From NCBI GenBank assembly GCA_016187125.1, contig JACPKF010000001.1:169653-233652 (forward strand): a DNA stretch of 64,000 nt. Reading direction: 5' to 3'. The notes beneath the pieces were generated by a model. That model saw nothing but the letters and a program-made list of their open reading frames with translations. It was not told where the DNA came from and did no database searches. Position 1 is the first letter of the stretch; each line of letters opens with the position of its first letter. This DNA is from Candidatus Saccharimonadota bacterium. Its GTDB lineage: Bacteria > Patescibacteriota > Saccharimonadia > Saccharimonadales > UBA10212. Both the position numbers and the translations under genes were made by a program. Below are positions 10,580 to 19,122 of this stretch, in pieces.

Positions 10580-11980
10580 ATGAAGCCGATTAAATTGCCG
10601 AAGGTTAGCGATAAACCAATGCATGATGCCATAGACCCGCTAGACGGCCGTTATTACGATCCTGAAATTGCCAAGTTTTTGTCCGAGCGCAGCACGATTG
10701 CTTACAAGGCCTACGTAGAGGTGGCATTGGCACATAATCTGGCCGACTTCAAAATTTGCTCTGACGCTGACGCGCAGGCCATCGAAGCCGCAGCCGCTAA
10801 AGTTACAGCCGAAGAAGTCACCGAAGAAGAAAAAGCTACCAAGCACGACATCAAGGCTTTGGTGAATGCTATTAAAAAATACACCGGCGAGGATGCTGGA
10901 AGATTTGTCCATTTTGGCGCCACCAGTTACGACATTGTTTCAACCGCCACCAGTTTGCAATTTAGGGCAGCAGCCAATGAACTCATCATTCCCCGCGGCA
11001 GAAAACTGCTTAAAACTTTGGTTGATTTGACCGGGCGTTATGCCGACACGCCGCAGATCGGCCGCACCCACGGCCAGCACGCTGTGCCAATTACTTTCGG
11101 CTTTGTCATGAGCCAGTACGTTTCACGGCTTGGCAAGTCACTCAAGTCTGTTGAGTATAAGGCCAACCACTTAAAAGGCAAGTTCTCCGGCGCAGTCGGT
11201 GCCTATAACGCATTGTCAGTTTTTGTCGATGATCCGCTGGAGTTCGAGAAGAAGTTTTTGGAAAAACTGGGGCTTGAGTCATCGGAATCTTCGACCCAGA
11301 TCGTACCGCCGGATAACATGGTCCGCTTACTTGACGAGCTGGCCATCATAGCCGGCATCATGGCCAATCTGGCGCACGACATGCGCCATCTTCAGCGGAC
11401 CGAGATTGCCGAAATCCGTGAGAAGTTCGAGGAGGGCCAAACCGGCTCCTCGACCATGGCCCATAAACGCAACCCGATCAGTTTTGAAAATGTAGCCAGC
11501 TTGCACAAACAGGTTCTATCTCAAATTCTGAATGCTAACCTTAATCTAACCAGTGAACACCAGCGCGACTTGACCGATTCGGCTTCGGCCCGCTTCTACG
11601 GGGTTCCGGTGGCCACGGTTGCCGTCATGCTCAGCCGACTGAACTCAGCACTATCCAAGATCGAGGTTGATGAAGCCAATATGCAGCGCAACCTAGCCAT
11701 GAGCGGTGGAGCCATCGCCGCCGAACCGCTGTATCTTATGCTCGCCAAATATGGTCACACTTCAGCTCACGAGAAGTCCAAGGAACTGGCACATCAAGCT
11801 TTGGATTCAAATCAACCGTTAGTCGAAGCGATTGCCGCCGACACCGAAGCCAAAACTTACTGGGACAAATTCACCGAAATGGAAAAACAAATCATCACCG
11901 AACCACAAAAATATTATCTTGGGCTGGCATCCGAAAAGGCAAATGCTATCGCATCCAACTGGCATAAAAACCTAAATTAA
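10580..11980 (+). CDS. purB: Adenylosuccinate lyase
   Basis: HFGATSYD, GRTHGQHA, GSSTMAHKRNP and EHQRDLTDS motifs; the ORF-track extension to 10529 is repeat-derived. Confidence 0.96.
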   Translation: MKPIKLPKVSDKPMHDAIDPLDGRYYDPEIAKFLSERSTIAYKAYVEVALAHNLADFKICSDADAQAIEAAAAKVTAEEVTEEEKATKHDIKALVNAIKKYTGEDAGRFVHFGATSYDIVSTATSLQFRAAANELIIPRGRKLLKTLVDLTGRYADTPQIGRTHGQHAVPITFGFVMSQYVSRLGKSLKSVEYKANHLKGKFSGAVGAYNALSVFVDDPLEFEKKFLEKLGLESSESSTQIVPPDNMVRLLDELAIIAGIMANLAHDMRHLQRTEIAEIREKFEEGQTGSSTMAHKRNPISFENVASLHKQVLSQILNANLNLTSEHQRDLTDSASARFYGVPVATVAVMLSRLNSALSKIEVDEANMQRNLAMSGGAIAAEPLYLMLAKYGHTSAHEKSKELAHQALDSNQPLVEAIAADTEAKTYWDKFTEMEKQIITEPQKYYLGLASEKANAIASNWHKNLN

Positions 11981-11982
11981 TT

Positions 11983-12213
11983 TTATTTACGTTTTTTATC
12001 GATTTCACTTTTGACGATTTTCCACTCGGCTATGGACGGATGGTCGCTACCGTCGGACGATTTTGGTGTACTTTCGAATCGTCTCATTTGAATCTCAAAC
12101 AGCTCATTAACAACTTGCGAAAGCGATTTGCTGTGCTGCAATGAATATAGTTGCAGGAATTTTTTAACATACGGCTCTAAGTAAATGGTCGTTTTCTCAG
12201 TTAATTTAGTCAC
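11983..12213 (-). CDS. Small ribbon-helix-helix-like DNA-binding protein
   Basis: 76 aa; KTTIYL beta-strand, helix, then KSLSQVVNELF helix; AGGAGG lies 9 nt before the GTG start. Confidence 0.7.
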   Translation of the reverse strand: MTKLTEKTTIYLEPYVKKFLQLYSLQHSKSLSQVVNELFEIQMRRFESTPKSSDGSDHPSIAEWKIVKSEIDKKRK

Positions 12214-12274
12214 CTTGTCATACCTCCTATACTCGTCACACTGTCTGTATAGTTCTTACGAAATATTACTGTTA

Positions 12275-12706
12275 CAACGTTACAACGTCAAGACGCTGTT
12301 AAGTGTGACAGTGAGTATGCTGGGGTAATAGGCGTGCATGAATGTGACGTTGTGACGTCAAGACGTTATTATGCATTTTATGGCGTGATAAAATTTAATT
12401 TCTGAGACTAATTCTAGCGTTATGACGTCATGACGTTGCGGAGATTGGTGGGAATCTTGTGTTAAAACTACATCTGTTTAAACCTAAATCTGTCGAAAAA
12501 TGACGTTATAACGTTATGACGTCATTGGCAGGATGAGAGTTAATGGTGGGTTAGTTAACTAAATTGAATGGTTGCCTTACATTGGACGTGGAGTTGAGTG
12601 TTAACGTTGTGACGCTGTACCGTCATGACGTTGCGCGGAGTGGTGGAAGTTCCCTGTGTTAAAACTAGATCTGCCGAAAAAATGACGTTATGGCGTCATA
12701 GCGTCA
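12275..12706. repeat. Six clusters of tandem 8-bp boxes, consensus TGACGT(C/T)A
   Basis: 19 abutting 8-mers in clusters starting at 12275, 12345, 12415, 12501, 12602 and 12683. Confidence 0.88.
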
Positions 12707-12754
12707 TGCGGTAAGGGATATGCTGTAAGGGTGGTGTATGTTCGACGAGCTACA

Positions 12755-12800
12755 TTCAGCAATCAAGAAAAACAAATAGTTCTAACAAAAACTACCTTCG
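12755..12800 (+). pseudogene. Degenerate copy of the purB 3' end (remnant 1)
   Basis: Reads FSNQEKQIV versus native FTEMEKQII, followed by ACAAAAACTACCT. Confidence 0.5.
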
Positions 12801-14195
12801 GCGAGCACGAGTGTTTGAAGCATGCCGACGCACCGGTTGAGATGTTTGGTGTATCCCAGCGTCATGTATCATCCTTTTAAGACTTCTCTTGGGCTGATTG
12901 TTATCGTTACCACCGCTTCGTTCTACAGGTTTGATCGTAGGCGGACTTGTACTTTCGGATAAGCTACCCGCTGTGCCGTAATAGCCGGCTTTAAGATGCC
13001 TTAATCCCCCGATAGATTGTAGTTTATCGACAACGATCGCAAAATCTCCCGGTGGCAATCTATCGCCAAAAAGGTCTCGAGTTATTTCAGCCACGTGCAC
13101 TGTTGGTTTATCAGCAAATAATGCCAGTACTCTTTCTTCAAAATCATCTGGAAGCTTAAATCCATTGGTTGCCGCAGCTTTTTTCAGATCTGATGCATGG
13201 TCGCCTATGTTATACGACGGGGTAGTAAATACATCTCGGCCTTGGTTAATTACAAAGCCTCGCTCGCAAAGATCCAGCAATACCGAGCGCACCTTTTCAA
13301 TGTTTTCAGTCTCAAGCTGTGCTCGAAAAATTTTTCTGATAAGAGAAAGAGTCGATACGGCTCGCCTAGTCACATTTATGGCTGTAACTGCTTCGGCCTC
13401 AAAGTTAGGATGAAGATTAAAAGGACGCTTATAGTTGGCTAAAGCTTCCATTGCCATCCGTTTTTCCTCAACAATTTTATCCCGAATACCGAGTATTATT
13501 TCTTGTATACTTTCTCCAGCTTCGGAATCGACAGTATTGGTTGTTCCATCGACTAATCGATCCCTCAAATTTTGAAGAGGAACTTTTTTACTACTTTCTA
13601 CTAGTGACCTACGACCGATAGAAATAGCAGGAGGAGTTACCCACTCCTCGGCTGCTATATCAACTACTCGTTCGCCGCTGGCCCATCGCCGAACTCTTCT
13701 AATTTGCGTTTCTATGCTTTTCCTATTTGATGTCCCTGGCAATTCCGACATTAACCTTGTAAATGCAACTTCCACCTCTTCATCGTTCATTGTGACAATC
13801 TCAGCATGACCATATACATTCTCCAAAAACGAGCGCATTCGCTGGCTCGAGGCATCGGGTTCTATTTTTTTCAACGTTTTTGATTCTGAAACAGCCTGAG
13901 GGTCTACGTTATCCGACATGTCATCTCTACGCTCAGGCTGTTGTAGCTGTATAACTTCAGCATCTCGTACTTCTCCTTGTGGAAATGTTTCTGGCATAGG
14001 TTCAGCGTTCATTACTTCAGAATATTTCTGAGTGTAAGCATCTGATAAAAGACTATCCAGCTCAATCGGAAACAGATCGACTGAATGTTCTTTAAGCAAA
14101 AATCTCAGCGAGGCAACATACTCACCGGCTGCCCGCAAAGCCAGCCTGTTTTGGGTAGACAAGTCAATATTTAGTTCAAAAAAATCTGTTGACAT
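12792..14195 (-). CDS. Hypothetical protein with a possible HTH/winged-helix region
   Basis: 467-aa ORF; SGERVVDIAAEEWVTPPAISIGRR resembles an HTH motif. Confidence 0.6.
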   Translation of the reverse strand: MSTDFFELNIDLSTQNRLALRAAGEYVASLRFLLKEHSVDLFPIELDSLLSDAYTQKYSEVMNAEPMPETFPQGEVRDAEVIQLQQPERRDDMSDNVDPQAVSESKTLKKIEPDASSQRMRSFLENVYGHAEIVTMNDEEVEVAFTRLMSELPGTSNRKSIETQIRRVRRWASGERVVDIAAEEWVTPPAISIGRRSLVESSKKVPLQNLRDRLVDGTTNTVDSEAGESIQEIILGIRDKIVEEKRMAMEALANYKRPFNLHPNFEAEAVTAINVTRRAVSTLSLIRKIFRAQLETENIEKVRSVLLDLCERGFVINQGRDVFTTPSYNIGDHASDLKKAAATNGFKLPDDFEERVLALFADKPTVHVAEITRDLFGDRLPPGDFAIVVDKLQSIGGLRHLKAGYYGTAGSLSESTSPPTIKPVERSGGNDNNQPKRSLKRMIHDAGIHQTSQPVRRHASNTRARRR

Positions 14196-14269
14196 TGTAT
14201 CCCCGATATTAAACCATTTTTCCTTAGTTAATAAAATGGTGGATGGTTGTTCGCTAGAAAAAAGTCTGT

Positions 14270-14386
14270 TGGGATAAATTTACTGACCAGGAAAAACAAA
14301 ATCATCACCGAACCACAAAAATACTACCTCGGCCTCGCATCCCAAAAAGCCAAAACTATAGCCGCTCCTGGAAAAAATCAATCTAA
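14270..14386 (+). pseudogene. Displaced copy of the purB 3' end (remnant 2, two frameshifts)
   Basis: WDKFTDQEKQ/IITEPQKYYLGLASQKAKTIA/SWKKSI* versus native WDKFTEMEKQIITEPQKYYLGLASEKANAIASNWHKNLN*. Confidence 0.92.
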
Positions 14387-15039
14387 TATGTACTTAAGTA
14401 TTCGATAGTAGCGGAGGTAGCGGAAAGGCCTAAGCCACCTATCCGTTCAGCATGTAATGATAGAACATCGGCTAATGTTCCTCGTTGTTCAGGCAATACT
14501 GCTTCACGAGGGTCCTGACGCGTGGCCAGGCGACGAGCGATTATTTCTGCTACCGTTCTCGAATTTTGATATACGTACGGACGATTAAAAGCAAAAAATG
14601 CGGTTACTATATCGCGGAATCGTTTATCGTGGTGCATCAACACTTCCGTTCGCTCGGTTATAACAGCATTCCTAGCCCGGCGAAAGTTTTGGCGCGGTTC
14701 ATCAAACTCCAACAGCGCAGCGTCAAGCAATATATCGGCTGCCATTGTGGCGCTGGCACGAGCTGCCCTAACCTCAAGTCCGGCTTCTGTCAAATCAGTC
14801 CATAGCGGGACTGTCATTTCTGGTACTTCGGGCTGAGCGCCAAAAAAACTGTCTGTTGTATGGTGAAAATCAATGCCCAGGTCTATCTGGACGCTCAATC
14901 CCCTTATTGGAACATTTTCACCATGTAAAGCTTTATGAATACCGGCGAAATCAGGTAATGTGCTGCCTAGGACAATATCGCGCTCACGGCCACTAAAAAC
15001 AGAAGTAGTTATATGTGTGTGCGCCAGGATGTTCGGCAT
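14383..15039 (-). CDS. ACP phosphodiesterase (AcpH)-like metal-dependent hydrolase
   Basis: N-terminal NILAH, LGSTLPDF and GIDFHHTTDSFF motifs. Confidence 0.6.
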   Translation of the reverse strand: MPNILAHTHITTSVFSGRERDIVLGSTLPDFAGIHKALHGENVPIRGLSVQIDLGIDFHHTTDSFFGAQPEVPEMTVPLWTDLTEAGLEVRAARASATMAADILLDAALLEFDEPRQNFRRARNAVITERTEVLMHHDKRFRDIVTAFFAFNRPYVYQNSRTVAEIIARRLATRQDPREAVLPEQRGTLADVLSLHAERIGGLGLSATSATIEYLSTY

Positions 15040-15076
15040 TTAAATAATATATACCAAGTTTTAGCCATAGTACAAA

Positions 15077-15175
15077 CAAGAAAGACAAATCATCACCGAG
15101 CCGCAAAAATACTATCTAGGTCTTGCTTCCCAAAAAGCCAAAACTGTAACGGCCTACTGGAAAAGCAAGCTCTGA
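15077..15175 (+). pseudogene. Displaced copy of the purB 3' end (remnant 3, intact frame)
   Basis: QERQIITEPQKYYLGLASQKAKTVTAYWKSKL*, with no start codon. Confidence 0.92.
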
Positions 15176-15187
15176 GATATTTGGAGT

Positions 15188-16090
15188 TTAGTTGGAGCCA
15201 AGCCTTGCTACGGCTATAGGTCTTACTGCGTTTTTGAGATTATCATGACTGAATAGTGATTCATCAGACCCAAAGATAGAAACAAGGATGTTGACCTTTC
15301 TCCCTCTGCCCTCTCTTAGAACGCAACCATCGCGACCACTGAAACTATGCAGTGATCTGTCTGGGAATACCAAGCCAACACCTTTCATTATTGCCCTAGC
15401 ATCTTTCCTACCATGACAGCTAAGTCTAAATTCTGATCCCTTGTTCTTAACAATTTGAGCAATTGCCAGTCCTCCAATGCCAATTGTCTTAACGACTAAA
15501 GCAGCTTTTTGCTCGCTATATGGATCTACTACCTTGCCAAAAGAGTCTCTAACAGTGTCATTAAAAATAGTCGTGTCTTGAATGATTCCCTCAGATATCC
15601 TATCTGAAGCGCGATCAACAGCCCTAGCGAAGGGCCTATAGAAACGCGCTGCGGCTATCACACCGGCCAATGGCAAGTATAAAAGAGGGTAGCGAAACTC
15701 GAATGGTCCAATTGTCGGGGCAGCAGCTCGCGCCCGAACTATAATTTCTTCTCTTTGCTGAAATAAAGATCGCCCTCCTTCCATCTGGGGAATTCGCTTG
15801 CTAACTAAATGACCAAAAATAGTTGGCCAGATGGTTGGAAGAATGGGCTCTTCAAGCCTCCTAGCATAACGAAGCGCTTGATCGTCTGTCACCTGTGCAC
15901 GTTCGAATGTAACTAAAGTCGATTCTTCTAATGGAGTAAGCCGTCTACTTTCATATCCAAAACCAGGCTTTGTTATTTGAGTAAAATTAATGCCTGACTG
16001 TGGATCTAGTTGCGGGCGAACTTCCAAGAGTAGGGAATCGTCTGGTCCTCGACCCATAATAAACTTGCGTGGTGTTTCCCTAAGTACCAT
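15188..16090 (-). CDS. Hypothetical protein
   Basis: 300-aa ORF with no recognised motif. Confidence 0.55.
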   Translation of the reverse strand: MVLRETPRKFIMGRGPDDSLLLEVRPQLDPQSGINFTQITKPGFGYESRRLTPLEESTLVTFERAQVTDDQALRYARRLEEPILPTIWPTIFGHLVSKRIPQMEGGRSLFQQREEIIVRARAAAPTIGPFEFRYPLLYLPLAGVIAAARFYRPFARAVDRASDRISEGIIQDTTIFNDTVRDSFGKVVDPYSEQKAALVVKTIGIGGLAIAQIVKNKGSEFRLSCHGRKDARAIMKGVGLVFPDRSLHSFSGRDGCVLREGRGRKVNILVSIFGSDESLFSHDNLKNAVRPIAVARLGSN

Positions 16091-16176
16091 TTATAATATA
16101 CCTCTCTTCAATGGAGTAACAATACAACAAAAATTATAGTATTTCAATAAAATGGCCCTATTTTACTCAAAATACT

Positions 16177-16204
16177 TTATAGCGCGCGGTGGCCGATTAT
16201 CAGT
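16177..16204 (-). pseudogene. Displaced purD 3' end (remnant D2)
   Basis: ACT GAT (A) ATC GGC CAC CGC GCG CTA TAA = TD/IGHRAL* versus native TDIGFRVLNH*. Confidence 0.6.
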
Positions 16205-16212
16205 GTTTTCAA

Positions 16213-16797
16213 CTAGAGCCACTCAGCTACGCCCCCATGGTGCGAGCAAGTACCACTGCGAGACTGGCTATAGCTGTATGAGCCATCGCGGCATCTAGCC
16301 GTTGGCGAATTCCCAGGTATCGGTTCTGGTGTCGGGCTACATACAGTATTACCAATAGAATTCACGTATGTACCATTTGGACAGGTAGGTATAACTGGAG
16401 CAACATATGTGCCGTGATTAATAACTTTCGTTATTGGTTGGGTAGTTATTTCTTCTTTAAGCTGAATTCGGCCGGTTTCCGTACCGTTGGTATATGTGAC
16501 ATCATAGATCCTCGTCCTCACCCCATTGAAACCTTCAATCGTAACGTTGTCGGTTCCGGCAGCCAGTGTCACATCATCGACTTTTTTTGTTTCAAAGGGT
16601 ACAGCTTCTGTGACAGTTACTGTTTTATGCTCGATATTGTCGCTTTTTACTACTGAAGGAGCTTCAACGGGCGGAGCTGTTTGATTATTAGAGGTCGCGC
16701 CGGTAGCTCCAATTGTTACGATTGATACACCAGTTACTACGCCTACTTTTCCAACAGTAGATAGAGCCGCGAACCAGCCCTTCAATGCACCAAACAT
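16213..16797 (-). CDS. Membrane-anchored G5 domain plus DUF3761-like protein
   Basis: N-terminal TM; G5-like VPFETKKVDD...EGFNG...VINHGT; C-terminal TARCRDGSYSYSQSRSGTCSHHGGVAEWL. Confidence 0.85.
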   Translation of the reverse strand: MFGALKGWFAALSTVGKVGVVTGVSIVTIGATGATSNNQTAPPVEAPSVVKSDNIEHKTVTVTEAVPFETKKVDDVTLAAGTDNVTIEGFNGVRTRIYDVTYTNGTETGRIQLKEEITTQPITKVINHGTYVAPVIPTCPNGTYVNSIGNTVCSPTPEPIPGNSPTARCRDGSYSYSQSRSGTCSHHGGVAEWL

Positions 16798-16855
16798 ACC
16801 CCACCCCCACTTTATATATTTTTATTGTACTCGTGGAATCAATAAACGGACAGAT

Positions 16856-16885
16856 TTAGAGAACGCGGAGGCCGATGTCATGAAA
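16856..16885 (-). pseudogene. Displaced purD 3' end (remnant D1)
   Basis: FHDIGLRVL* versus native FRTDIGFRVLNH*; separated from purD by a heptamer-type repeat (16886-16920). Confidence 0.65.
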
Positions 16886-16922
16886 ATAGCTAAGAGCCAT
16901 TAGCTAATAGCTCTTAGCAGGT

Positions 16923-18206
16923 TTAGTGATTCAAAACCCGAAAACCAATATCCGTACGAAAATGCATATCTTTAAAATGGATTCCACTTGGCCCAATTTG
17001 AGCGTAGGCTTTTGCAAGGGCATTTTTTAAATCTTTGCCGTAGGCGGTTACATTTAAAACCCGACCACCATTTGTCAAAATTTTGCCATCCTCGTTTTTT
17101 GTGCCAGCATGAAAAATAACAACGTCCGGATCTTCAACACTATTTAGTCCCATAATCTCGTAGTCTGTTTGGTAACTCCCCGGATAACCACCACTTGTAA
17201 GCACTATATTGACAGCCGCTCCGGGTTTAATTCGGATAGCTTTAGAAGTTAGTCTGCCTTCCGCAGACTGCATTAGAAGCGGATAGATATCTTCATCAAT
17301 CACCCGCATCATTGGTTGGCACTCCGGATCGCCAAAACGACAGTTGAACTCAATTACTTTTGGATCGCCTGCCTCGGTTATAAAAAGTCCGCCATAGAGC
17401 ACACCTTTGTAGGGTCTACCATCGGATCGCATGCCATCAACGGTGGCCTGGATTATTTCCTTTTGAACTTGTTCATCTAACTCATCGGTCATAAATGGTA
17501 CAGGGGTATATGCACCCACACCTCCGGTATTGGGTCCTTTGTCGCCATCATAAATTCGTTTATGATCTTGAAGATAGGGCAGCATCAGAATATTTTCTCC
17601 GTCACTGAGCGCAAAAGTGCTGACTTCTTGGCCACGCAGTCTTTCTTGAAAGACAATTTGGTTACCTGAATCGCCAAAGATTTTTTTGGCCATGATATCG
17701 CCAAGTGCCGTTTCTGCTTCTTCTTGGGTCTCGGGCAGAATCACACCTTTGCCGCCGGCAAGGCCGTCGGCTTTAATTACATAACTCTGCGGCGGATGCT
17801 GCCGCACATACGCTTTTGCCTCGGCCAAAGAACTGACTACCGTGGAGTCCGGGTAGGGAATTTTATGCCTTTTTAAGAAACTATCCGAGAATACCTTGCT
17901 GGTCTCGATCTTAGCAGCAGCTTTGCTCGGTCCAAAAATTTTTAAACCTTCCTTCTCAAATAAGTCTACAATGCCTTCAGCCAAGGGCATCTCCGGGCTG
18001 ACAACCGTCAGATCGATCTTATTTTGCTTGGCGAAGTCGGCCAGTTTATTAAGTTCGCTAACATTGATATCTATATTTTCACCGACTTGGCTTGTTCCCC
18101 CGTTACCCGGCGCAAAATATACTTTTTCAACCAGTGGCGACTGGGCAATTTTCCAGCTTAGAGCATGGGCTCGTCCCTCACCACCAACGATTAAGACTTT
18201 GGCCAT
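16923..18206 (-). CDS. purD: Phosphoribosylamine-glycine ligase
   Basis: APGNGG, KADGLAGGKGV, QDHKR, GPNTGG and EFNCRFGDPE motifs. Confidence 0.97.
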   Translation of the reverse strand: MAKVLIVGGEGRAHALSWKIAQSPLVEKVYFAPGNGGTSQVGENIDINVSELNKLADFAKQNKIDLTVVSPEMPLAEGIVDLFEKEGLKIFGPSKAAAKIETSKVFSDSFLKRHKIPYPDSTVVSSLAEAKAYVRQHPPQSYVIKADGLAGGKGVILPETQEEAETALGDIMAKKIFGDSGNQIVFQERLRGQEVSTFALSDGENILMLPYLQDHKRIYDGDKGPNTGGVGAYTPVPFMTDELDEQVQKEIIQATVDGMRSDGRPYKGVLYGGLFITEAGDPKVIEFNCRFGDPECQPMMRVIDEDIYPLLMQSAEGRLTSKAIRIKPGAAVNIVLTSGGYPGSYQTDYEIMGLNSVEDPDVVIFHAGTKNEDGKILTNGGRVLNVTAYGKDLKNALAKAYAQIGPSGIHFKDMHFRTDIGFRVLNH

Positions 18207-18269
18207 CACCCAACCTCCGGTTGCTTAAGTAAAAAGTCATTAGTAATAAGCAATAAGCCTTTTTGCATT

Positions 18270-18980
18270 TTACTTTTTACATTTTGCATGTTGCTCATTT
18301 TTTACCTTGTAAAAATGCCGGCGTTTTTCTATAAAATCTGATAAGTCTTTCGGCAGATGCTTTTTCTGGGATTGCTTAACTCGCTCAAACAAAATCTCGG
18401 CCGTATCAGCGGGTCCGACAGGTACTTTATGTTCGGCAATAGTCGGACCCTCGTCGTAATTTTTGGATACCGCATGGAGTGTGTGGCCAGCCTTTTGGGC
18501 GGGGTGAGCCAAAACGAATTCTTGGACATGAATACCGATCAGCCCTTTGGTAGCCGGCAGTAATCCGGGATGAGTATTGAGCATCATCGCCTGATAAGGA
18601 CTCTTATACTCAGAGCGCCAGCCAAATTTATAGACTAGTCTTTGACCGATCATTTTCATGTAACCCATAAGAAGAACCAGTTCGAAACCACCGTCCTTGA
18701 TAAGATCTACTATCGCCTTCTCTTCCTGCGCAGTTTGTAGGCCGGGCTGTGAACTATTGGTATCGGGATGAGTTTTACTATTAATAAGTGCTGTCTTAAT
18801 GCTCAGGCCATACTCGCTGTTAAGATTGGCTATACGGCGGAAAATTCCGGCATCTTTGTTATTGCAGATCACCAGACCAACTTGCGGCAGACTTGGTTCC
18901 TTAACGCCGGCTCTTATGAGGGCCTCGGTGGTTGTTCCTTCCCCCGACGCTAAAACCGCAACCTTTGCTCCACTCATCAT
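18270..18980 (-). CDS. purN: Phosphoribosylglycinamide formyltransferase
   Basis: VLASGEGT, LLMGYM, NTHPGLLP and YDEGP motifs; start placed at ATG 18980; C-terminus is repeat-derived. Confidence 0.9.
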   Translation of the reverse strand: MMSGAKVAVLASGEGTTTEALIRAGVKEPSLPQVGLVICNNKDAGIFRRIANLNSEYGLSIKTALINSKTHPDTNSSQPGLQTAQEEKAIVDLIKDGGFELVLLMGYMKMIGQRLVYKFGWRSEYKSPYQAMMLNTHPGLLPATKGLIGIHVQEFVLAHPAQKAGHTLHAVSKNYDEGPTIAEHKVPVGPADTAEILFERVKQSQKKHLPKDLSDFIEKRRHFYKVKNEQHAKCKK

Positions 18981-19037
18981 TTGCAAGTATACAATACACT
19001 CCTGGCGAAATCGCTTTCCAATAATAATTAAAACCAC

Positions 19038-19069
19038 CCACAAAAATACGCGATCGCGTATTTTTGTGG
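19038..19069. promoter_or_regulatory. Perfect 32-bp palindrome upstream of purN
   Basis: CCACAAAAATACGCGATCGCGTATTTTTGTGG; same core as 9371-9412. Confidence 0.6.
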
Positions 19070-19122
19070 CCTTTTGTTCAAATTAAAGAAGTCAGGTAGT
19101 GGCCTTGGCTTTGCTGAGTACT

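Noticed and set aside
12275-12706. CRISPR array
   Set aside because: The units are degenerate octamer trimers, spacers vary from 46 to 77 bp and two are homologous, and there are no cas genes.
11983-16797. Prophage, integron or plasmid
   Set aside because: There are no integrase, Rep, ParA, structural genes or attC-like sites.
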